Origin: Rhynchobatus australiae
Lineage: Eukaryota
Length of the DNA: 64,000 bases
Assembly (NCBI GenBank): GCA_034780895.1
Contig: JAUZTB010000062.1
Location: forward strand, 14,861,934-14,925,933
Direction of reading: 5' to 3'
In this document: positions 38,924 through 52,229 of the stretch, piece after piece
Numbering within the stretch: position 1 is the first letter of the stretch
Layout: every line of letters begins with the position of its first letter
Notes under the pieces: model-generated
What the model was told of the DNA's origin: nothing
Seen by the model: the letters and a program-made list of their open reading frames with translations, nothing else
The model's database searches: none
Made by a program: the position numbers and the translations under genes

Positions 38924-41189
38924 AGTGTTGAAGCTCCCCCATTTTAAACTTTCTAAGGGAGCTGTGCAGAATATTCATTCAAGTGAAAGGTTTAATTTTG
39001 TGTAGTAATTACTATAAAGCTTTGAAAATATTACATAACATGATTAACAGAAATATAAAATGATGCACCCTTAAAAGTAACCATACTGAATTCAAAATAA
39101 CACAAATATTGTAGAAATTATACTAAACGAGTTCATATTTAAAATAATTTAGAACTACAGAACAATACAGCACAATACAGGCCCTTCGGCCCACCATGTT
39201 GTACCGCCCATCAAACCACACCTCACACTATCTAANNNNNNNNNNNNNNNNNNNNNNNNNNNNNNNNNNNNNNNNNNNNNNNNNNNNNNNNNNNNNNNNN
39301 NNNNNNNNNNNNNNNNNNNNNNNNNNNNNNNNNNNNNNNNNNNNNNNNNNNNNNNNNNNNNCTCTCAGTGGTGAATCAATACTATTATATTTCTTAGCCA
39401 TGGTCATTTGTGAAAGTGAAATAAGTGTATAGCTCTCTCCTAACTTGCTTTAGGATGAATCACATCCAATTACTTTCACCCATTGCTCTGCTGCAGATAA
39501 ATCCATCACGGCATATTCAAGGTTTGCCCAAAAGAGCACAGTAACTGATGAGACCTTCAGAGGACAACAGTGGCGCAGCTGTGTCCGACTAAAAAAGAAA
39601 AATACTTCAGATGCTGGAAATATGAAATTTAGCAGAAATTGCTGTAAATGCTCAGGAGCTCAGGTAGCATCTGTGAAGAAAATAAATTAAGGTTACATGT
39701 GAAAGGGCACTAACATCTAACTGTATCTGATACTAACTGACCAGTTGAATCTTTCCAGCATTTTCTTGTTTATATTTCACTGTATCAGTCTTTATGATTA
39801 TAATGCAATCATTGTAATTATTAACAATCAACATGCACAGTAATTAAACACTTAAATCAAGCTGTTACTATTTTACCAGGGATATCACATGAGGTAATAG
39901 GTGGTTCTTATCCATTGGTGGAAAGATGTTTCAATTTTTTAAAAAATGTTTTGAATATATATTCACAAAGGAGAAGGAACAGTATGACGATGGTTGGGAA
40001 CTCGCTATCAGATATGCAAAATATCAGTGGAAAAATTCCATATTAGAACATCTTGAGATAAAGTACATGACAGTTCCATTCACAGGTGCTCAATGAAGCA
40101 CAATCTCAAAGCTTGGGGTACCAAGTGGCAAATAACACTTGTAGCNNNNNNNNNNNNNNNNNNNNNNNNNNNNNNNNNNNNNNNNNNNNNNNNNNNNNNN
40201 NNNNNNNNNNNNNNNNNNNNNNNNNNNNNNNNNNNNNNNNNNNNNGTATGCACTGACAAGTGGCAAATAACACTTGTAGCCCCCTTTGCAAAATTATTTC
40301 ACAAGCTTCACCTGTTGTGCGTTTCAGCATGGAACATAAAAACAGTATTTAATGAAGGAGTTCTTCATGGGACTGTCCTCAGCATTAAGACAATTGATCA
40401 CATTATAAATCTGAGCATTGAACATCACTTTACAAGTCTTAGTGATTTCCATGAGATGAAGCCTGATACCGTTCATGGATTTATAATGCTGATTAGCTAC
40501 TTTAATTTGATTTTCTAATACTCAAAGTCTATGTTCTTTGCTGATGATTGATTGAGAGTAACTCAATAGAACTTTACTCTCCTTCAATGCCTCTTCTGCG
40601 ATAGGACCTTCAGCTGCTCAACACTGGAAGGAGGAATAATGAAAGTATTGAGTCTGTCATTGTATACATACAGTCTACATTTTTGTAACTTTCCTTGCAG
40701 CGGAAAACTGGAGCCCTTTAAATGCTGTTTTTATGTTCCACACTGAAATCCGCCTCAAGCTCATGAAATAACTTTTCAGGTTTTATTAATCTATTTAAGT
40801 TTAGATAACTTGTTTAGAAGATGCTGAGAAGTTTTAGTATGTTGCAAATAATACAAATTATTGGAAAATCTGGAGTACTGGACACATAAGCATGCAAAGT
40901 ATAACTTACTCTTGCTGAGGCATCATTTAATTTCCAGAAAGCTAAAGAACATGAACAACATAAAAATTCTCAGTGTAAATAAAGATTTTTTTCCATTTTA
41001 ACACAAGATCTCTTAGCTAAATTTTAATTTGAATAACCAAGTAAATAACAAAGACTACCCTGCCAACTCTAGTCAAAGTGTTAAGAATACACTGAGACAG
41101 TCCCAAATATTTGTATCAGAGGTCCACCCCGTTCAGAGTCATCAAACTTGAGTGAGATCAAGCGATATTCCAAACATTGAGAGACTCAG

Positions 41190-41520
41190 TAGATAGCGGG
41201 CATGACTGTTGGGGTAACCTGACTGATAAGATGGAGAAAGGGTCCTGTTAACAACGGTTTGAAACAACGGGTACATTGTACTCAGTATCTGTGATGGCAA
41301 AGGAAAAAGCTGCAAGGAAGACGAGTACAAAGCAACCAAGACATCAAAGCCTAGAAGAGTGCCTAAGAGCCAGAATAAATAGGAATGATAGTGATTGGCA
41401 ATTCTATAATTAGAAAGATAGATGACACCCTCCACATCCTTGAATGAACAAGGTCAGAAGAGTGTTTTGAGAGTGTTGTTAGGGTAATGGATTTCTCAAA
41501 GCTGCTGGAAAGGAAGAGAC
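41190..41520 (+). mobile_element. CR1 ORF1 (SGNH esterase-like) relic
   Basis: IVIGNSIIRKID at 41388-41423 resembles the CR1 ORF1 motif V.GDSI.R.ID. Confidence 0.45.
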
Positions 41521-44500
41521 AGATCAGTTAACAGGCTAAAGGGCAAGTGTGCAAATGAGTTCCTTCTCAAGGGACACTGCACTGATATAGGGACAGAAAG
41601 ATGCTGTTCAGATGGAATAGACTCCACCTGGATCACAGTGGGACCAAGTGTCAAAGTGGATAGGGCAAATAGGGAGGTGAGAAAGGAGTACAATGAAGAG
41701 AAATAAAATGTTCACTGGATGCTTAAGAGTGCAGCTTTGTTATTATTTAAGATTGTTTAATTCACTAAACAGGAAAGGAGACAGTGGAAAAGACAAAAAA
41801 CAGAAAGGACAGTTTAATTACGTTAATCCACAGGATGTGGATGTGGCAGGCAAGGGCAGTATTTATCTGGAAATCTAGTTTGTAATCATATTTCTCATCC
41901 TATCACTCTTGGACATTCCAGACATTCTCTCAAATATTCCTGACTACTGCAGAGACTAAAAGTTTATAACGTAATGAGCAGTAAGATCACTCTGTTTTTC
42001 TTTGCTAGCTTCGGTCAGGTTAGCCATTTAAAAGCAGNNNNNNNNNNNNNNNNNNNNNNNNNNNNNNNNNNNNNNNNNNNNNNNNNNNNNNNNNNNNNNN
42101 NNNNNNNNNNNNNNNNNNNNNNNNNNNNNNNNNNNNNNNNNNNNNNNNNNNNNNNNNNAAAAGACTGTCCTTTTTCAGTTATCAGTGATACAAGAATCAT
42201 TCTAAAATATTCTGTTTCAATGAAATGAAAATGTTTCTAAAATAATTTCAGTTACAAAACCTTGAGAGTCAGAGTATTTATACTAATTAACACACAACTG
42301 TTACACTGTTTGGTCCTCACCATACCCTAAAGGCACTAGGCATTGCAAGAGTCAAATGACACCATGTTTTTTCCTCAGGCTATTACTGTATGAAATACTC
42401 TGCTGTAAAATATCTGCTAACTCTTCTTGCAAGTACACTATCATAATTAACACACAAATGACCCTGTATATTGTATAAACTGATTATTGTTCATACCAAA
42501 GATTGAATGCTCATCTCATTGTCTTTCTTAGACAACTTGTATGTGGCTCAATTCAAATATAATTATTTCTCAGCATTATTAATTTTTGTTTCATAATAGT
42601 TTAACACTAACTTATTTAGTATTAATATAATTCATTTCTTATTTGTTAGAATAAGGAAAAAGAACATCAAGTAGCCTCATTATGTTATATTGTGTTGGAT
42701 GGTAGTGTGAATTGTGAGGAGGATGCAGAAAGGCTTCAGGGGAACCTGGACANNNNNNNNNNNNNNNNNNNNNNNNNNNNNNNNNNNNNNNNNNNNNNNN
42801 NNNNNNNNNNNNNNNNNNNNNNNNNNNNNNNNNNNNNNNNNNNNNNNNNNNNNNNNNNNNNNNNNNNNNNNNNNNNNNNNNNNNNNNNNNNNNNNNNNNN
42901 NNNNNNNNNNNNNNNNNNNNNNNNNNNNNNNNNNNNNNNNNNNNNNNNNNNNNNNNNNNNNNNNNNNNNNNNNNNNNNNNNNNNNNNNNNNNNNNNNNNN
43001 NNNNNNNNNNNNNNNNNTTCCTCCCCACCACTATCACCCCCTCCCAATAGATGCTGCTTGACTGCTGGAGTTCCTCCAGCGGATTGTTTATTACACAAGT
43101 AAATATGTCTTGCTGAAATTATATGGGGCCCTGGTGAGATTGCCCGTCAATATTGTGCAAAACTGTCATAATATCCTTGGGCAGGGAGACCAGAGGGAGT
43201 TCAGGGGAGATAACCTAAATTGATTCTTGGGGTGGTGGGTATTGTTATGTGAGGAGAGATCAAGTAGACTGGGCCTATGCAGTCAAGTTCAGAAAAATAA
43301 GATGTGATCTCAAGTGAAACATGAAATTCTTACAGTGCTTGACAAGGTAGATGCCAGGACAATATTTTCCGTGGCTGGGATGGCTATAAATCAGGGGCCA
43401 TGGTCTCAAAGTTAGGGAGTTAGCTATTCAGGACAGAGGTGAGAAAACATTTCATTGCCTAGGAGGTACCTTTACATAATAAACACCCCTTTTTTGGAAT
43501 AAGGTGCAATATTTGCAATTCTCCTGTTTTTGGTATCACCCACATATTTAATGGGAATTGGAAAATTAGACCAACACAATTTTCATCTTCCCTCACAAGC
43601 CTAGAACACATCTTATCTGGAATTGGTAACTTTAAATTCTGCTGGTTTTCCTAATAGCTCCATCTTATGAACTTTTAGTCAATCCGTTATCTTAAGAACA
43701 TACTGTTTTAGTGTGCCTGCAGAGGTATCTGCTTCTCTGACAACTTTGAAGATCCAAATAAAACAAATAACTGAGCTGAAAAGAAGCTCATTGGTTCAAC
43801 GTTCCAAAAGCTAACACGTGAATCAGAGGACATGGTGATTAACTCCACCATCCACTCACTAGCCTGATGTTATCCAAGGCATGACTGATTGTTAACGTTA
43901 GGCATTACATGAATTACTAGTATCATCATCAACTGAAAACAATCAAACTCCGATCACCACTAGTGTTGATGCACATGGCTGATAAATGAGTGTAATTTGA
44001 TTTGGCTGTTTAATTTTGTGTTTTCATCAAATTGTGTAGATAATGCTTAGTAATTCAACTATGATTATGTTTATGTAACCATCCACCCAGTTTTGCAATA
44101 TCATTTGTAACCAATCAAGCATCTTCCTTGATAATTTGGCATTATAGAATAATTCATAAGTTTAAAAGTGATCTAATCAAAGTGTAGTAAATTAAATCCA
44201 TTCTGATAAATCGTTATTGTAAAGCAGGTAAGCCGAATGAGGTCTCACTCGTACACAGAGATTCAATGATGAACATCCACACAGAAATAAAATCGTAAAG
44301 TAAATTACTGAAGATACTAGATATCCAAACTAAAAGGTCTTTGAATATTTTGAATAAAAGTTGTTGATTTGCAATTTTGAGAAATTGAACCCAGCTTTCT
44401 AGCATTGTTTTCAAATCCCTCAATTTTTACACCACACCATCTGGGTGATTTTCTCTAATCATTGACTGACAGACTTCATATCCTTCATCTGCTCCATTCC

Positions 44501-47500
44501 ATCGGTTCAGCATGATTTTTCTGTTTGATGAGCCATTGTAGGTTGAGCATCCTATTAATATGAATTGTTGCAATATTGTTAGAGGCNNNNNNNNNNNNNN
44601 NCCATGATCCAAATAAAGAGCCAAAATTCACCCATAACCCAAATCAAAAGATTAAATGATAACAAGTTTATCACAAAGGGATAAGTTCAGCCTTCATCTG
44701 ATTAAATTCATCCTATGAGAGAAAGTTATCCTTTGAATCGAAATATCAACCACAATCTCACTGAATGGAGATATCCATTAGTCCTGTATGTTCCCAGATG
44801 GACCTACTTGAAATGTAGAAAAAATAAGCATGAATGCTAGATGTCACATTTAAATTTTAATCTCATTGAAGATAACCACTGCTTGGTGATTGAGGAGAAA
44901 GAAGCCTCTTGTGGTAGAATTTGGTACATACTAAGGTTAGTTTTGAGATATGGGAAACTGACTTTAATTTAAAGGCTCCCATCTTTATGCAAAATAATAT
45001 TATCTTTTAATTGGATTCTACCAAACAATGAAATAAATTGCAAAGGTGAAAAGAAAGCACAAATGCAAACTGCAGAATAAAAGACTCCTCACATTTCAAA
45101 AACACGTAAAAATCGAACAGCTGAGTTCTGTATATACTGTATTCAGGAAAGAGAATAGAAAAATTAAATGTTAGATGAGATAATCCAGCTAAACAGCTGC
45201 AATAGCAGGGTGCACAGCATCTGCTTCGATTTCATAAATGGAATTATGCTAAATGGAAGAACAAAGATAGCACTGTATTTCAGATTTATTTGGAAAGCAA
45301 CTTTAACTTCAAATTACATTTTTATTTTCATGCTGTACAATCATTTTCACCACTAAAAGTCTCTCAAAAATCATTCCATTTACAGTTTTTAAACAAGTTT
45401 TTGCTATAAACAAAAGTTTTTGGCCAAGAAAATACATTTTGCCCTTTTGGTACATTAAGTTATCATTGCATTTTAGGCTGATTATTACATCAGGTCCCAT
45501 TCACAAAATTGTGAAATTGGCTGAAAAGATATTCAAAGCAGTATACATACACCCTGAAATGCCCACTCATACAGAAACTATATGGTTCTCGATGGGATCT
45601 CACCCAATTTATAGTACTTGCTGGTACTGTTCACCAACGACAGGTGTAAGCCTTTAAAGGTACACTCCCCTTGGAAGCCAGATTGTAACAAGACACATTA
45701 TGCCTGCTGTGGAGGAGACAGGTGCAGCGGGGGAGTGTTCCATATTTTACATAGCAGGGCAATTAAGTCCTGGAGTGGGAGCAAGAAGCAAACAGTGGGT
45801 CAAGGTGGGAAATAGGAGACCGGCTAAGCTGCCGTTAGCAGGGGATAGTTTTGGCCTGGAATGAGAATCCCTGAATCACAGAGTAATGCTGGGAGAAAAT
45901 TCATGGACTGATAATATATTTCAGGATGAGTTCTATACCAACATTAATTCTGCTCTTTCTGGCTCCCTCTCGTTCACAAACACATGCAAACACAAACTTA
46001 CTTCACCCTGTCCACTACTGATATTCTCTTCCACTCCTCAAGTTCAAGCCTCTAAAAGGGACATTAATAAGGTGCTTGATTGTTGTGCTTCTTCATTTCT
46101 ATTTAGGCATAACTAGCAAGGAATAGGCCACCTGCACATGAAGCAGCTGTCCCAAACAGAGTAAAATTGTCATCCACATTCTGGATAGAGGGGCCACCAA
46201 GCCTCAAATCACTTAAAGTGTTTGAGCAATACAGGCATTCACCCTGTGAATGTTTCAATGTGATTACTTTTTGCCATTTGATTTGATTCACCAGTAACCA
46301 TCATTTCTATCTATGCCTCAGCTTCACTGTAAAGGTGTTCCTGCCCGAGCTTCTAGCAACTATCCTCTATTTTGTCTTTCCAGCATATCAGGTTAGGCTA
46401 CCTGTTATTCCCTCTCCAGAAGAGGACAGGAGGAGCAGGAGAAAACATTGGAGGTAGAGGAAGACAAAGAAGAAGCTGAGAATAATGAAGGGCACAGTGC
46501 ACCACTGGGCCAGAGACCCCAACGTACATCTCAGACTGGCAGCAGGTGTACGATGGGGTGCCGGGTGCAATGGATAAAGGATTAGGTTGAGGGATATGTC
46601 ACTAGGAGATGCACCACCAATCACTAATGGGCTGCAATATGGCACCAGGTGAAGAGAAAAGCAAATGTGAGGGCTCATACACAAGTTTTTGGCAAAGCAG
46701 TCATTGTTCTGTGCAACCATATTGTCCCAGAGAACTCAAATAAGGACCACAATTGGGATGCTTTCCTGATAAGGCTGATGTGGATGCCAGGAAAGTGGTT
46801 AATGAACTGCTAGACCTGCCTCACTGAATGCAAATGATAACAATTAGTGTAGAGTCCATCTCCAGGCTCTCACAGCAGGTTGAAAGGAGTCAGGACACCT
46901 TGACCTCCACTCACTTTTGCTGAGGATTGATTACCATTCCATCACACTGTATTCCTGAATCTCTAACAGTTGTGAAATCACAGATGACACCTCATGCTTA
47001 CTCACCAGATCTTCTCTCTACAACATGAAACCAGGTTGAAGCTTGAAGGGAACAGGAATGTATCAGTGAACTGCTTGATGTCCCTCCATGAGTGAGATGA
47101 TGCTTGCAAGCAGACTGCTCTCCCATAGAAGAAGAAATATGGTGTGTGAGAACTTTCCTCTCTTCTGCAGAAGAGACTTACCCCTTGTATCACAGAGTTT
47201 TGCTCAGATGTGCAGAGAGCTGAATCCAAGGAAAAGAAAAAGAATGAAGAGAGCAAGCAGAAAACATCTGTAATTCAGGGACCATCACCTGGTTCAACAC
47301 CAAGTTTAAAATTGGAAACAATGGTGCAATTGCACGGTTGTCTACCCAGTCCTGAGAAATCGCCTGGCCTGCAGGTTCTGGATATCATACCTCCATCCAG
47401 AGGACACCATGTTATCTTCAACCATTGCTTCTCAGAACTACCTCTGGGCAGTTGTCTGAAGCCAGCCCATCTGCAGCAAAAACTTCAACGACATCTGTAA

Positions 47501-48564
47501 AGACTCAGTGGAAAAGGGTGTGGAGGGATATCAGAAACGTAGTAAGGCTAAAGGTATACCTTGGATCATACAATAGGTACGAGAGGCCAAATGGCCTACT
47601 TCTGCTCTTCTCGGCTTTTCTTGACGATTACTCTTGACATTTACTAACTGCTTTATTTTTCAAACACGTTGTAGAAGACTTATACAGCACTTCATCTTGA
47701 CTCCCAGAAATATCTAAAACTTATCACATAAATTACTTTGAATAATTGGTACATGAAATAAAAACAAATTTCCCAGATTTAATGAAATCTTTAAAAAATC
47801 CAATTATTGAAAAAGAAAATATTGCCAAAGATAAAAGATTTTGATAAATTTTAATAACTACAATTGGTAGAAGTTAAATGAAGTGATATGATTAGCCACA
47901 TGGTAGCATACTCCCTGCCCTAAGGAAAACAGGGCCAATTAAATGGAGCAATAGTCCATAAAAGCATCAAGCAATTTTTTTTTGTTAGGTACAGAAGTAA
48001 AGATAAATATTTGGTAGTAGTTAGTTAAACCATAATGTTGTTAAACATGTTAAACACTTTAAAAAAAATCACAGGACAACTCTGTTGGCAGCTTCATTTC
48101 TAATTCAGAAATTCTTCNNNNNNNNNNNNNNNNNNNNNNNNNNNNNNNNNNNNNNNNNNNNNNNNNNNNNNNNNNNNNNNNNNNNNNNNNNNNNNNNNNN
48201 NNNNNNNNNNNNNNNNNTAATTCAGAAATTCTTCATTCCGGGGGTTAAATCACACTGGTGTAATAGGCAAAAGTGAAAATATTTGCAGCAGTAATTTACA
48301 CCAAATAGAGAGACTCCCAAAGATAGCCAGTTCACTGTCATGGATCTCACACTGTCAGTGCACTCCCAACTCCTCTCCAAAAAATGCCCAGCTAATTGAT
48401 TCCAATCAAAACTCTGTTCAAGTATAAGATAAAATTTTCATTACTTCTTTTTGAAACAATGTGCAAGAATTCTTGTCAGACTAATAATCAGAATCCAAAT
48501 CATAAATACCTCTAACTTTTCTTTTTAACCATTAATTTATAACCATCTGTTTTGTTGCAGAGAC

Positions 48565-48570
48565 TTTATT
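48565..48570 (-). promoter_or_regulatory. Candidate polyadenylation signal of copy B
   Basis: AATAAA on the minus strand, about 21 nt after the stop codon. Confidence 0.45.
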
Positions 48571-48591
48571 GGTATGTTTGCTTTTCTTTCT

Positions 48592-48654
48592 TCAGAACCA
48601 GGTAATTGTAAACTGCTTTCCTAATGGAATAGCGAGATTCTGCAAAGTCAGCAC
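48592..48654 (-). CDS. GAA: GAA copy B exon 20, terminal (VLTLQNLAIPLGKQFTITWF*)
   Basis: Acceptor ctttcag at 48655; resembles human VLDICVSLLMGEQFLVSWC; TGA at 48592-48594. Confidence 0.9.
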   Translation of the reverse strand: MLTLQNLAIPLGKQFTITWF

Positions 48655-48819
48655 CTGAAAGGAAATTAAAGCAGATGGATTAAGTGAATGAAAGAAACAA
48701 AACACTTTAAGTGTATCCTTGCAAGAAAAATCTATGAAATTTGTAGATTTGATACCATGCATTATAAAACTGAATTGAAATCCCTACAGTAGTTCAGTTA
48801 AATAGAATATATTAAATGA

Positions 48820-49900
48820 ATTATTCAGGCAATGCCCATCTCGGCCTGCTTCCCACATTCTGTTTTCCTCTCTCCTTGAATAAAGATTCTAGTCCAATGG
48901 AACCTCCCCTGATTTTTGGAAAAAAACCTAACTTATCAACTATCTCACTAGCTATTTCTTTTAAGACCTTAAAATGAACTCCATCAGTATCAGGAGACTT
49001 GTCAGCCCACAGCTCCAACAATTTGCTAAATTGTACATTTCCCTGGTGATTAAGAATTATAAAGAAAAATTACAATTTATAGTTATTTCTGGGAATGTTG
49101 CTTATATCCTGTAGAATGACAGCTCTTGCAAAATACAAGTTGAATTCATCTGCCATGTCTTTATTTTCCGTTATCTATTCCCCTGACGAACATTTCCCCA
49201 AGACCAATGCTGCTTGTTAACTCCTTTTAGAGATATCTGCAGAAACTTTATCTGCTTTTATATTTCCAGCCAGTGTTTTCCTCATACTCAAATCTTCTCT
49301 TCCTTATTAACCTTTTAGCCACTCTTTGCAATTTTAGATATTTTGTTCAATCATCTGACCTGTCATCCATCTTTGTGCAGTTACACGATTTATCTTTCGG
49401 TTTGAAACCAACTTTTTTTTTGTTAACCATGTTAGATAATCATCTTGGAATTTTTCTTTCTCATTAGAATGCATCTGTTCTGTGTATTCTAAAAGATCCC
49501 CTTAACTGCCCTCCACAGCATCCAGATTTACTGATTCCTTAATCTAAATTTTACAGTTCATGTTAGCTGGCCCTGCTTTTATGTTCTCTTTACTAACTTT
49601 ATTAAAATTGAAATCACCAATTTTGCACCCATTCTTCTCTCCAATAAACTAATGCAAAGTTCAATTATATGATCACTGATACTGAGTGGTGTCTTCACTT
49701 TGAGACCATTAATTAATCCTATTTCATCGCATAATGCCAGGTTTAGCAAAGCCTACTCTCTGCTTGACTCCAGAATGTGCTGCTCTATGGAACTGCCCCA
49801 GCAACACTACAAACTCCTCATCAGTTAGGCTAAGGTAGCCTTTTCTTCTCCAATCCATGTAGATTAAAATCCCTCAACAGTGCTGCCCCATTATCAAAGG
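48820..49900 (-). mobile_element. Decayed CR1 ORF2 fragment
   Basis: DKSPDTDGVHFKVLKEIASEIVDKL resembles CR1 KSPGPDG.HPRVLKE. Confidence 0.7.
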
Positions 49901-50112
49901 GCTTTTCAATAATTCACAGTTGACACTCATGCACTGGAAAATGTGAACAAGGGCAATAGACCATAAGATCCTCAGCACAAAGACATCATCAGAAAAAGGC
50001 AGTTTTAGTAGAATCAAAAATATATCCAAACATTTTTTCAAATATCAAAATTCACTGCATGTGTGTTCAACATGATGTTTAAAAACTACCTAGACAAATT
50101 CCATGGTCTCAC

Positions 50113-50265
50113 CTTTGTGTCTATTCTGTAGAAGAAGTCTGAGATCCAAAGTCCATTTACCAAAACTTTCTTTGGGGCAAATGGAACTCCAAACACAAAG
50201 ACATTGCGTAATTTCAGACCATTAATCTGATTACTCAAATGGATTATTTCACTGAACAGCACATT
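50113..50265 (-). CDS. GAA: GAA copy B exon 19 (NVLFSEIIHLSNQINGLKLRNVFVFGVPFAPKKVLVNGLWISDFFYRIDTK)
   Basis: 153 nt as in human exon 19; cag/gtgag boundaries. Confidence 0.93.
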
Positions 50266-50529
50266 CTGGGGGTGGAAAATAGATCTTATGAAAACATCAC
50301 AAAGAATCAAATATGCTCATGATATGCATCAATTTCATGGCCTGTGACCATCCATTGAGAACCATGTATTATGCAATTTACCTTATTCTACTAGATTACA
50401 TGTTCTCTACAAAACAATACTAAAATCAAAATTCTATCAAAGCAACAAGTCCCTCATTCTTGAATACTTCCATTAAGAAATCCAAAATAAATTGATTTTC
50501 TAAAGCAAAATATTCAGAAGATATTCAAA

Positions 50530-50860
50530 GCAAAAAACTGCAGATGCTGGAAATCTGAAATAAAAACAGAAAATGCTGGAGATACTCAACAGCATCTACA
50601 GAAGAGAGAAAAAGTTGATGTTTTAAGGCATCTTGACTTTGAAGTTTTCTTCCTTTCTTCTGTGAAACCCTCTCTCACTGCCCCCCTCTGTAGCTCCCCC
50701 TCTTTATACCTGCTATCTGCCCTCTTCGTCCTGATGCAATGTCTTGACCCAAAACGTCAGCAATTCATTTCTCCTCACAGATGCCGTTTGACCCACAGTT
50801 CCTTCAACAGTTTGTTTTTTGCTTCATATTTCAGCATCTTCAGTCTTTTGCACCTCCAGC
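50530..50860. repeat. Palindromic Penelope-terminus element
   Basis: cagatgctggaaatctgaaataaaaacagaaaatgctgga arm and an inverted arm ending tttcagcatct; internal ctgatgca...cccaaaacgtc motif. Confidence 0.55.
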
Positions 50861-51505
50861 TTAAAATATTGTTTTGATTACAAGTTAGGATCATCATGCC
50901 AGTTTGTAAGATTTAATGTTGAATTCAAAAACCTGATCTACATTCATTTAAATCAAGTTTGCTCCTTAGCATTCCCTGAGAAATTTCTGTCAGAGGTCAT
51001 AGATGACACAGGAGACCATCCCTGTCTCTTTAAATGCCTCTATCAGCTTTTCTGGTAGGGAGTTACAGACCTTTACCATTCTTTAGATGATTTTTTTTCC
51101 TTGCTTCCCATCTAGTCCTTCTACCCATGACTTCAATTTATGCCATCTATCCATCCATGCTTTCCTCTTAAACATGGCATCATCTCCTCTGCTCAGTCCT
51201 ATTGTTCCTGAGGAGATAGTTTTGCGTTTACCTGGCTGCTGCTAATGTTGCTTTATGATGAAAAAGGTGTTAAAGAGCTATGGGGTGGGATTAGTTCAGT
51301 CAGATTTTATACTGGTTGCCACTTTAAGGTGGTTTTTAGTTGCAACTCAGTTTTGCTTTTTTATCCCCCAAGACATATCTGAATAAAACAATTGACAACT
51401 TCTTGATTTATCAAAATTGCAATGAATGTCAAGGAAGATATGGATGTGCTTTAAACTTGGGCTCTTTACAGTCTACATTAATAATGGGAAACCTATCATA
51501 CTTAC

Positions 51506-51670
51506 CTTTGCTGCTAGGAAAATAATTTCAGTATAGTCACCATTTTCATAAGTCAGTAGACTATCACCATCATCCCAGAAGAGTTCTCCTCTTGCCGTTC
51601 CTTGATCAGACAGTGCCACAATCAGACTAAATGGGTTCCCACGAGAGGCAGCAGTTGTGGTGTTGGGTTC
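51506..51670 (-). CDS. GAA: GAA copy B exon 18 (EPNTTTAASRGNPFSLIVALSDQGTARGELFWDDGDSLLTYENGDYTEIIFLAAK)
   Basis: 165 nt; GELFWDDG motif; GAG acceptor, gtaagt donor. Confidence 0.94.
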
Positions 51671-52229
51671 CTCAAGAAAATGATTTAAATGCAGTATTAC
51701 TTAATGTAACCACAACTAAATTAGTTCATTTTTGAAGGTGTTCTTTTACCAACAGTACATTTTGATGACCAGAGTACAGAATTCACACACATGCTCTCAG
51801 GACCATGAAAACTTTCACCTGGAAAGTGTAGAAAAAATAGATTATTCTTTTTTAATATTTTCAGGTGAGAAACTGAAGTGTGGAAAATGATAATGTCCTT
51901 TCCACTGATTTTTCCAAATTAGCCAATTATAATTGACAGGTGACAAAGAAAAACAGAACGCCACTCAGAAAGAATGGTTTAGTTGCCTGAGATGCTAGTC
52001 TAGTATCCAATGCAGAACTAATGTACATTGAGATCAATGCACTTCAGGCATATNNNNNNNNNNNNNNNNNNNNNNNNNNNNNNNNNNNNNNNNNNNNNNN
52101 NNNNNNNNNNNNNNNNNNNNNNNNNNNNNNNNNNNNNNNNNNNNNNNNNNNNNGCTGCTGAATCCTGGTCAGGAGAACTGAATTCAACAAATAAAACTTT
52201 TCATATCTGATTTGACTCCATCAGGAGGA

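Noticed and set aside
40121-40280. 24-bp repeat flanking a gap, resembling a target-site duplication or repeat array
   Set aside because: It flanks an exactly 100-N gap like several others, so a scaffolding overlap is the simplest explanation.
46120-47500. Possible Harbinger-like transposase remnant or separate gene in the spacer
   Set aside because: Only vague peptide resemblance, with no continuous frame or terminal repeats that I can support.
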